From Octopus sinensis (taxonomy: Eukaryota), in assembly GCF_006345805.1 (NCBI RefSeq), contig NC_043008.1:70618001-70682000 (forward strand): a stretch of DNA of 64,000 bases, written 5' to 3'. Positions 53,480 through 64,000 of the stretch are shown here, piece by piece. The stretch's first letter is position 1, and every line of letters begins with the position of its first letter. The notes beneath the pieces were generated by a model. The model was not told where the DNA came from. It worked only from the letters and a program-made list of their open reading frames with translations, and made no database searches. The position numbers and the translations under genes were made by a program.

Positions 53480-55730
53480 TACTTTACATGATATTTTATT
53501 CAACGTTGTTTCGGATGACATTGCTATTTAATACTAGCTTCATCAAGCAGCTTACACATCAGCTTACCGATCACAGACAGGCAAGGTGTTCGTCTACATT
53601 TGGGATAAAAACACGAAAATTCATGGGGCATCATTCTTAAAAGCCACATTTTGAGTGGTTATCACCCTTAGGTTTGCCTTTTGAAGAAAAAAACTGTGCT
53701 GAATGATGAATTTGTATTGTATTATATTCTGGATAGTTCCAACATATATTACAAATATACCTTGAACCTTTCAAAACATCAAAAAGCACATTTATTAAAG
53801 CAGAGAAAATGAAAAATATTTATGAAGTAAGCAACCACACACATAAGAAATTACTAACAAACCACATAGCTAAAATATACAAGAAAACAATCCTCACCAC
53901 TTATAATTTAATTAATATAGAAGCCAAAAAATGTAGCTACAAGGTTTAACGTAGAAAAGCTAACCGCACAGAATCTTTTTGTAGCCCTGAAAGGCCATAA
54001 AGATAGCTTCTCGCCATATCATAGCTGTAGATTAATAAATCCCACGAAAAGTGAAATAGCAATTATTAGTAAACCCATATCAGATAATAACATAGGATAC
54101 ATTAGGACATACTGAAACCTCACTCAGCGGATAAGTAGTAGTGCAACTATTGAATGGTTTAAGAAAATAGAAGAAAAACCCAAGTGTAAATTCATCCAAT
54201 TTGAAATTATGGAGTTTTACACTTCGATCTCCAGAAACTTGCTACAAAAGGGATTTGAATTTATAAAGGCATTTATTACCATAACAAATATCGATATAGG
54301 TATAATTCAGAATGCCAGGATGTCATTAATTTTTCATGATAATTCCTATTGGGTAAAAACAAATGGGGTTGATGTGAAAATGGGGAATTCTGACGGTGCA
54401 GAGATAGCTGTCCTTCTAAGCCCCTACGTCCTATATATCCTTAGAAAAGAAATAAATGGTACCAACATGGGATTATATACAGGCGATGGTCTAGGAATGG
54501 TATACGATAAAAACAGACACAATATGGATAGGATAAGACAAAATTATATAAAATGGTTCGCCAGTTAGGTCTAAGAACCACAAATAGCACCAACCTTAAA
54601 GAAGTGAATTTTCTAGATATTAACATGAAACTTATTATAGGCAAATTTAAACCCTACAACAAACTAAATGAGGAAGCCTCATGTATCGTTATAGACGCCA
54701 ACCACCCACCAGCAATCATTAAACAATTAGTTAATAACGTTGGCAGGTGCGTCTCTAGTCTATCCGCCGATAAAGACACGTTTGAAAAGGTTGACCCATA
54801 CTATAATGCTTCATTAGAAAGGCCCAACTTAAAGAATAGTATAAATTACATTGAACCAAAAGTAGATAAATCGACTAGACACAGACAGAGGGAAATCTTA
54901 TGGTTCAACGCACCTTATAGCATGAATGTAGCCGCTGACATAGGAAATTCTTAAATTAATAGAAATCACATTCACACAAATACTATAAGATCTTAAATAT
55001 GAATACTGTTAAAGCTAGCTGTAGTTGGTTCCCCAATATATATATCCGATAACACCGAATCATAATAAAAATAAAGCCACCAGGAAAACTCCTGGAAGAC
55101 ACTGCAACTGTAGATCTTCCACTGCCCACTAAATAATAGCTATCTCGAAAAAGAGCTTATATACAAAGCCAGAATCATGGATTCCAACAGAGTAGCAAAG
55201 ACATACATCAGAATGACAGTCGACTCGTTCAGGGAAAGATATACACAACAAAAATAAAAGATATGCTACATCCCCGTCCAGTATGATATGGATATTGAAA
55301 TAAGGAGGAGTAAGTAATCCCCAGATAAAAGCCAGAAAATACAGGAGACGAAGCACCAAAAAAAAAAAAGAAAGCTAAATATAATCCAGGTAAAAGATAA
55401 CATCTTAAACATTGGGGATGAAACCTGCCCCTGCATGCAGAAGCAATATTTTACACTCTGACATTTCAAAGAGGAACAACTACCCACTCCACCAATCCCA
55501 CAAGGATAGATTTTTCCGCTGAACCTGAACGTTGAGTATATATACAACATACACATTTCACATGTGGAAGATACATGCCCCACTGATGAACTCCCTCAAC
55601 ATACAATCATACGAAAATTACACATACCAAGAATATAATAAATATAACATAATACAAACAAATTCATCATTCAGCACGGTTTCCCCCACAAAGTCAACCC
55701 CAAGTGAGACAATCATTCAGAAAGTGTAAT
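53480..55730 (+). mobile_element. Decayed Penelope-like element (Naiad-like)
   Basis: CRLINPTKSEI, FEIMEFYTSI, DVKMGNSDGAEIA, GLYTGDGL, VNFLDI, NHPP.IIK, ILWFNAPYS, CNCRS..CPL; inverted HHR-like motif at ~53500-53550. Confidence 0.82.
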
Positions 55731-58058
55731 CCAAGAGTAGCGCCCCTTAACTTTTTGTTTTATTTAGGAGTCTTTATTGTGAATTCCCGTGAATTTTCGT
55801 GTTTTTATGCAAATTGGAGATGAACACCATTCTCTTATGTGATCGATATAAAAATTGTTTAGCTATTATATTTTCTTAATGTGAAACCTATTGTAGCCTC
55901 AATACACCAAAATAAGAATTTTGTATACATTTGCGGTGTTGAGCACTCATTCTCATTGTTCGAAATTTATGTATGTATATATATATATAAATGTACACTA
56001 CTTTATATTGAGACTATGTTTCTATTGACTTTTTATACATGCTAGGCTAGTGGTAGTGAAATTTCTAAAAGTATTCGCTACCCTATATATATAGATTCCG
56101 ACTTCTTGTAACGGTGTTAGAAACTGAAAAGTGTCATATAGACAATCCATCGGTATTTCTACTCTTGTTGGTTCCTTTTCTATGAATCATTTCTTAAGCT
56201 GATTTATATGTCTTTACCATTCCATTTCTGCTTCTTACATCATACATAATTCCTCCTGCGTCCATGCTTGGCAAGTATACGAAATTTCGCATCAGCGCTT
56301 TCATTCTAGAGATGTCAGGGTGTCCCACATGGAACTCTTTTAGCCTTCTGTTCTGTAATGTCTATGGTATGACCATCCTCTTAGCCTACATTAATACATT
56401 ATCAAATATAGAGTACACGCTCACATCTTGGCGTCAGACATTTTTTTGCATCAGACCTTTCTTTATTTCTTTTTGTCGACAGCAGTTTCTCTTGGTCTCA
56501 TCAATAAATTTGTCATTTCTCACATTTCTTTTTATTTCTTCCAAAGTTACCGGTAGTTCACGCACCATGTTCCATATCACATTTTTTGTTTCCGCTTCTG
56601 CTCTTAGCGCTGCTATTACGGTGTCCTCCAGTGGTTCGTTATTTCTCGGAATTAACCTTGACAGACCATCAGTATGCCCCTACTGTTTTGGCGAAAGATA
56701 TTCTATTTTATAATCGTAGTTTAATAGAAAGGTACCCCACCGCTGAAGTCTGTTTTCTGTATGTGTCGGGATTCTTTTCTTGGATCTGTATATCGTTATT
56801 AGAGGTCCATGGTCCATTTGCAATCAAAACGTCTGCCGTGAATGAACCTGTGGAAGTTTTTCACGCCAAATATGATAGCCAATGCCTCTGTTTCAATCTG
56901 GCTAGAGCTATTTTCCGCCGAAAATTATGTCCTTCATGTATGAGCTATGTCCTTTCACCTGCTATCGTTATCCTTGTGTAGGAGCACGACTCCTATCCCA
57001 TGCTCGCTAGCATCTGTAGCTAGTATTATCTCTGACTTTGGGTTGAAATGCATAAGATACAAGTCTGAAATTAACACATCTTTTAACTCGTTAAATGCTT
57101 TCGGGTATTTCTCTGTCCAAACCCATTTGGCATTTTTTAGTAATTCATTAAGTGGTGTCTTTACCTTATGTATATTTCGGATATACGCTTTGTAATAATT
57201 TACCAAGCCTAGGAATGCTTGGAACATTGTCATGTTCGTCGAAGGCGGCATATTTTGTCTGTCGTCACCCTTGATGGGTCCAGTCTTCGTCCAATTTCGT
57301 CGATTACTTGACCGAGGTATTTCCTTTTTTCTATAAAAAATTTGCATTTTTCTTCCGTCAGTTTTAGCCTGTGTTCACTTATTCTCTCAAATACTTCCTC
57401 TAAGTTTTCGGCGTGTTGCACCTAAGACTCGCTGTTTATGAAAATGTCATCGAGGTATGCGATGGTGAAGTCACAGTCACTTAACATCACATCTAATATT
57501 TGTTGGAATATGACAGGTGCCACTTTTACTCCAAACGGCAGTCGTTTGATCTTGTACAATCCATGGTGCGTGTTGATTGTTAGTAGATGTGTGCAATCTT
57601 CCTCTCACCGAATTTGAGAGATCTAACTTCGAGAAAATTTTCCCTCCATTTAGTATAGCAAATACTTCTTCTGGGTTTGGTATCGGGTAATGTGTGTGAG
57701 TAAACAGTCGTTTAATCCGGTTGAAAAGCCTGCGCACATTCTTAGTTTATTATTATTTATTTTAGGTATACCGCCGGTGCTGTCCAGTCTGCATGGTCAA
57801 CCTTTTCAATTATATTCAGGTTTTCCAACACCTCTAGTTCTTTATTAACCTGAACTAGCGCCGCAAAAAACATGTTCTGTTTGGGCCTGAAAATAGGTGT
57901 TGAATTTTCTTTGATAGCACTCCTAGCTTTTGTTTTTGTGCAATAGTTTAACCCTTCTGAAAAAACATTCGGGAAAGTTTCTTTCACTTTTTGTCTCAGT
58001 TCACCGACCTCATTCTATCGTTTGACTGCTCCGTTTACATTAGTGCACAAAACGCTTA

Positions 58059-59354
58059 TACGAGGGGCGTTCAATAAGTAATGCCTCTGACCCACTTGCC
58101 GTTGATTAATCTAGCTGAGATTTTGCATGTGTAATTATCTGTATCTCTATACATTAAGTGGCAAATTACAGCTCCGAACTAATAGTGGTTTCTGATTTAC
58201 ATGTGTTTGAAATGAGTCAAGTGGGAAATGGAGCCTGTTGAGTGTCGAGAAGTGATCCGGTAATTGTATTTGAAATGACGCACACCACAGGAGACTTTTG
58301 ATGAAATGAAAATAACTTATGGTGATGATGCCCCATCATATGACCTTGTAAAACGCTGGCGTCGTGAATTCAAACATGGTCGGAACTCTGTGGAAACAGC
58401 TCCCGGAGCTGGTCGCACCCCTTCTGCCATTGATGAGGCATCTGTCCGTCAAGTTGAGGCTGCCATTTTGGAAGATCGACGCATAACTATTCGCCAAATA
58501 GCCCATGAGGTCAAGATTAGTACCGGGTCTGTGGAAACTATCATTCATGACCATTTGCATATGCAAAAGGTGTCTGCCAGAGGGATTCCCAGGCTGCTCA
58601 CACTTTTCCTGAAGCAAGAACGCGTCGAGTGTTCGAGGATGAATTTAGGGATGTGCCAAGAAGATGAGTCAAAATTTTTCAAAAGACTGATTACACAGGA
58701 TGAGACCTGGGTCATTCACCATGATCCAGAGACCAAAGCCCAGTCAATGCAGTGGAAGCACCATGAATCACCTCCTCCAAAGAAGGCAAGGGTGCAGCCC
58801 TCCGCTGGCAAGGTCATGCTCACAGTCTTCTGGGACCAGGACGGAGTAGTTATGACAGATTTCCTGGCAAAGGGTACCACAATTACAGGAGTCTATCATG
58901 CTTCACTTTTGAGGAAATTAAGAGAAGCTATCAAAACCAAGAGGCGGGGCAAGATCAGCAAAGGCATCCTCCTCCTGCAGGACAACGCTCCGGTCCACAA
59001 CTCGCTTGTCGCCAGATCAGAAGCACAGGCGTATGGCTATTAACTCCTCCCCATCCCCCCTACTTTCCCGACCTTGCACCTTCTGATTTTCACCTCTTCC
59101 CAGCCATGAAGTTGATTTTGAAAGGAAAGCGTTTCCCAGATGACGCAGCCTTGATTTCTGAAGTCACGTCGTGGTTGGAGGACCAAGCTGGGTTCTTCTA
59201 CAAAAACGGTCTCCAGAGCTGTATCAAACGATGGGAGAAATGCGTAACTCTGGGTTGTTCCTATGCTGAAAAAGACTAATACCTGTGCCAAGTTTCGTTG
59301 CTCTACTGCTATGGGAAGTGGGTCAGGGGCATTACTTATTGAACGCCCCTCGTA
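58059..59354 (+). mobile_element. Full-length mariner (D,D34D) nested in the Gypsy element
   Basis: TIRs cgaggggcgttcaataagtaatgcc / ggcattacttattgaacgcccctcg with TA at both ends. Confidence 0.95.
58228..59279 (+). pseudogene. Mariner transposase with in-frame stops
   Basis: TQDETW, QDNAPVH, YFPDLAPSDFHLF; in-frame stops at ~58261, ~58276 and 59041. Confidence 0.92.
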
Positions 59355-61062
59355 GGTGTGTCCCATTAATTAAATTTGTACATACACTCAGTGCCAAATG
59401 AATTCATGGATTCTTTCAACATATAAAAATTCACTTTTTTGGTTCGACCTTTGAACTTCATATTACAATCGCATTTGCATGTGAAATATAATTTTCTTCC
59501 CGTAACACCATACGCTACTTTGTTTGGACTACATAATTTTGGTTTACCTATTTGTTCCCATGTTTCTCATTTATGATTGTGATGTCACACGAATTTTCTG
59601 TTTGTTGTAGTCACAACTTTTCCTGCTGACAAACTATTTATTTTTTCTTGTTTGTTCCATTTACCTATCATTCTATTTTTGCATTGAGATTTTATATCAA
59701 CCGTGAACCTGCAGCGAAAACATTATGCATTTTTATACGGACAATCTTTTTTCGGGTGCATCCAACCACATGCCAAGCATGGGTCTACATCCTGATATAT
59801 ATTTTCCTGCAACACTTTATTTTTCTTCCGACATCCTTACACTGGTATTATGTAAAAACACTCTTTCCGTTGAATTCCTTCCGTTTCATACCTTAATTTT
59901 AATATCATGTCACACTCTTCCGACAATTTTTGCAATGTCAAATTCTGGTTAATTTCCAGTTTTGATAGAATTATCGTTCGGAATTCTCCATCCCTTTTAT
60001 CTGTCAATCCTAGTGCAAAAATCAAACACTTGAAAGTATGTGAATTAAACATATCCATCCTAAATCTCTCACATTGTTTGTTGACTGCCTGTGTAAGTAG
60101 TGAAGTCTTCATCTTCGATCTTTTCTATGTTTAAACATTTCCATCTAGTATTAAGCAGTGAGCTTTTTTCACTAAACATTTTGCACAAAATATCAACTGT
60201 GTGGGGTGAAATTTATGTCGGACGCTTTTTTTCGGCAATATGAAGTTACTATACTTCTGATGCTGTGCTGTCACTAGTTTTCTTAAAGCTAGACTCGTTT
60301 TCATTTCGTCCGTCCAATCATGACATTCTTTTTTAAACATTTGTTGAAATCTTCGTAAGTAAGCCTCGAAGGTTAATCCTTCCTTGGGATCACCTTTGAA
60401 TTCGCCTATGGAATTTGCTACATGGTCAAGCGAAAATGTGATATCCAGTTTGGTTATCAACTTCATTAGTTATAACATTTATTGCTGCAATCCTTGTTCT
60501 TGGTTCCTGAATTGTTACTGTTGCTACTTTTGCAAGTCAATTACCCCAGCTAACAAGTCTTCCATATTTTACGATTTTCGTAAGTTTGTACAAGATTTTT
60601 GTTCTTTTTTTGTCGAGTTATTTGATTTGCCAGGTGAATTAATTTAAAATGTCCGTGTGAATTTTTTTGCACTCCGCGTAAATTTGTTTTTCCTCGTCGC
60701 CACTGTTGTAAAGTGGGTTCCTCTCACTGGTGTGATGTGTGACTGCCATTGTACTGTAGTTGCTGTTTTACGCTAGTAGCCACAATAGTTACCAGTCATC
60801 GAATACTGTTGCATCTCTTCGTACCGGAATAGTAATGTACTAACTTCTGTCTTACTATTGCTGGTAGCACCACAAGACACCGATTAGAACTGACGACTAT
60901 CAACTCTTCGAATCTCGAGCCATCATGTGACCGGCTACTAGCCTATTTATAATGTTGTTTTTTTTACCAGGAGTGTACACTTTCTCTACACAGCATATGC
61001 ATACATACATACATACATACATACATACATTCATGTTTATTTATATATGTATGTATATCCAT

Positions 61063-61138
<76 letters not shown>

Positions 61139-61289
61139 ATATATATTATATATAGAGGGCATTATACATACATGCCAGGAGGCATTCTACATACACGCCA
61201 TACGCTAAGAGGACAATCAGTCATTTCTACCAAAATATTACTAATCCCACCGAATGCAATTTTTCAAGAAAGACATTTAAAAATATATA

Positions 61290-61335
61290 GACCTGTATCA
61301 CAGTGATTTCATACTTACGTAATCATCAGCAGGCC
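61290..61335 (-). ncRNA. Type I hammerhead ribozyme (inverted copy)
   Basis: Reverse complement of 61784-61829. Confidence 0.72.
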
Positions 61336-61783
61336 TGACTATACTATAAATAAACAACGACCCCGCTTCGCTTAAGCCGATCAGCTAACTGATCAACATC
61401 AACGAGGCACATGGTTGAGTTTATATATACTATATCCGGATGAATGGCAAACTTTTACGAATTGCATTTCGGGAGAGGAAAAGTTTTTTCGGAATAAAAA
61501 TTTAGCAATTAAGGACAACTACTTAATAAGGAAAACTTAACAAGAAGGTTTTTACGCTATCTACCTGACAATTTCTTGTTAAGTTTTCCTTATTAAGTAG
61601 TTGTCCTTAATTGCTAAATTTTTATTCCGAAAAAACTTTTCCTCTCCCGAAATGCAATTCGTAAAAGTTTGCCATTCATCCGGATATAGTATATATAAAC
61701 TCAACCATGTGCCTCGTTGATGTTGATCAGTTAGCTGATCGGCTTAAGCGAAGCGGGGTCGTTGTTTATTTATAGTATATTCA

Positions 61784-61829
61784 GGCCTGCTGATGATTAC
61801 GTAAGTATGAAATCACTGTGATACAGGTC
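61784..61829 (+). ncRNA. Type I hammerhead ribozyme
   Basis: ggcctg-CTGATGA-t-tac-gtaa-gta-t-GAAA-tcactgtg-ATA-caggtc; 6-bp stem I, near-palindromic stem III ATCAC-t-GTGAT. Confidence 0.72.
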
Positions 61830-62092
61830 TATATATTTTTAAATGTCTTCTTTGAAAAATTGCATTCGGTGGGATTAGTAATATTTTTGTAGAAATGACT
61901 GATTGTCCCTCTTAGCGTATGGCGTGTATGTAGAATGCCTCCTGGCATGTATGTATAATGCCCTCTATATATAAATTAATATGTTCAATAAGAAATAATT
62001 ATTTTCGAAATTTTTTCTCTTATGAGGTTTTTACGCTATCTACCTGACAATTTCTTGTTAAGTTTTCCTTATTAAGTAGTTGTCCTTAATTG

Positions 62093-62129
<37 letters not shown>

Positions 62130-62352
62130 CATACATAAACATACATATATATCTATGTAAGTATTTCCGTAAATTTAAATTTATTGATCAGGAGATTGCA
62201 TACTGGAAACACATTGGGATTTATTAAGATCATCGTTTCACGCACGCCCGCACACACACATACACACACACATACACACACATGTAGATATCTATCTATA
62301 TCAATATTTATCTCTAGGTGTGTTGAATGTGTTTGTGTGTGTGGGTGGAGTG

Positions 62353-63972
62353 TACGACGGTCGACTGAAATGTTCATAGGCTGACCAAAACACTCTCATG
62401 TAATGCGACCAAGTTAGGTCTACTTTTCAGCATAGTCCTCCTTGCAGTCCACATACTTCTTCCATTGGGGCTGCAGTGCCTGGATCCCATTGCAGAAAAA
62501 GCTTTCATGTTGTTGGCTAAAATGGTCGTCTTTATTATATATGACGTCATCATACTGGTTTCCAACTAAGAGGCTTTTCATGCTGAGTGAACAGATAGCG
62601 CCTAATCAGGAGAATATGGGCGGTGATGAACCAGTTCAAGGCCCAAGTCACGCACAGCAGCCATTGAAAGTAAAGACTTATGTCCTAGAGCATTGTACTG
62701 ATGAAACAAGTGTTCTTTACTGGTTGATCTTGATAGCCTTTGGTAACGGTTTCAGCAAGTCGGCATAATATTCTGCATTGATGGTGTAGCTCTTTTGAAG
62801 ATAGTAAATAAATACCTTTTGCATCCAAAAAACTGAGGCTACCATTTTCCTTGCAGATTAAACCACCTTTTTTGGTATAGGTGAGGAGAGGTGTTTCTAC
62901 TGTATGGATTACCACTTTGTCTCTGGTTCAATATGATGACCCTAACTCATCCTGGATAGGTGGTGAACCCAACTCATCGTGAATGAGAACACGCTTAAGG
63001 AAACCAGCTGGATCTGCCTGAATCAATGTCAGATTTTCCTGTGATAAGATCAGCCTTGTCCGCTGTTAATCATGTGGCAACCCGCAAACGGAAACCTTCG
63101 TCATGCAGAATATTATCAACTCTCTCATGGAATGTGCTAACAGCATTGGCTATCTGATTTATAGTCAATCGCCTCTCATCCGTTACCATGTGGTGGACAC
63201 TATTGATGTCTTCGTCGGTGGTGGCAGTTGCAGGACATCCAAAACTCTCCCTCCCCCTTCTAAATTCAGCTTCCCAGTTTTGCACTGTTGACAAAACTGG
63301 AACGTCATCCCTTAACGCAGGGGTCCCCAAACTTTTTAGAGTATCGACTCCTTAATGGAATCCTAGACCCCCCCATCCTCAGGTATGTACAAGAAAGTAA
63401 ATAAATAATAATTATAATAAGTAGATGTACATTTATTGACCCCCTTGAATAGTCTCATCGACCACTTTGGAAACCCCTTCCCTAATGTATCAACCATATC
63501 AGCATGAATGTCGTTTGGAGCTAAACCGTTTCTCTGCAGGTACTTGCTAACACCACGTTGCCAAAATTTGTCCATATTCAAGAAAAGTCACAACTAATTA
63601 CTTGTGAAGTCTTCTTTGAACTGTCAGATGTCAGTTTACCTGGAAAAAAAGAATGCAGTTACGAGAGTGGGCTGAAAAATAAATAGGCTGACTTTGAAGG
63701 CGTGATGCTTGAGCTATGAAATCTTGCATGTATTAATTTCAACTTTTCTTATTAATAGCAGCAACGCCTATGGACGAAGTGTGAGGACCACAAGGGAGTT
63801 TATCTTGAAAAATAAAACCTCATTTGATCATATTCCGTGAGAGTATCTGGGTCAGCCTATAAAATGTTCAATCGACCCTTGTATGAAGAAGTGTTGAAAT
63901 TAATGCATGCAATATTTCATAGTTGAAGCCCCACTCCATAGTTAGGCTATGAACTTTACAGCTTGCCCTCGT
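62353..63972 (-). mobile_element. Old mariner with nested MITEs
   Basis: TIR-like ends tacgacggtcgactgaaatgttcataggctgac / gttaggctatgaactttacagcttgccctcg; transposase remnants (STVQNW.AEFRRGRES, RRLTINQIA); hAT-like MITE at 63318-63482 and mariner MITE at 63660-63883 inside. Confidence 0.7.
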
Positions 63973-64000
63973 GTCTATAACAGGGATTAGCAATTGCTAC

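Larger units (their letters stand above)
56090..60960 (-). mobile_element. Gypsy LTR retrotransposon (Mag-like), decayed
   Basis: LTR end ..tacaaCA followed by PBS TGGCGACGAGG (60692-60702); gag FEAYLRRF..KYSNFILPK with twin Cys knuckles; RT FSKLDLS, AYLDDI; RNase H LATDAS.GIG; most of the integrase deleted; 3' LTR not recognised. Confidence 0.88.
61151..62094. mobile_element. HHR-bearing fold-back plus partial tandem element in (TA)n
   Basis: Arms 61151-61546 and 61573-61969; 61547-61615 repeated directly at 62026-62094 (period 479). Confidence 0.9.

Overview
AT-rich, microsatellite-saturated animal DNA. The SINE families and repeat landscape point to a cephalopod, most likely Octopus; this is inferred from recognition of the repeats, not from a search. 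The window looks like intronic sequence of a minus-strand Ig-superfamily gene (one clean lachesin/IgLON/DIP-like exon at 20174-20326). It is filled with transposable elements: a CR1-type LINE with an open 1032-codon EN-RT ORF, three decayed Penelope-like elements (PLEs), R4/Dong-like LINE remnants, a Mag-type Gypsy element with a nested mariner, a Merlin/ISXO2 transposase fragment, non-autonomous Helitrons, MITEs and many tRNA-derived SINEs. There is also an orphan p190RhoGAP N-terminal fragment. The main unexplained signal is a set of sequence-unrelated, non-coding elements, mostly in (TA)n tracts, built as tandem arrays or long fold-backs, each carrying a minimal type I hammerhead ribozyme (HHR) fold. 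The clearest cases are at 13.5-15.3 kb (3 x ~583 nt), 35.2-35.8 kb, 61.1-62.1 kb, 3.5-3.8 kb and 43.8 kb. Together they look like a retrozyme-like, PLE-mobilised system. A second signal is that the dominant SINE shares a 39-nt 3' tail with the intact LINE, with compensatory changes in a stem-loop. All folds and alignments were done by eye, and boundaries of decayed elements are approximate.
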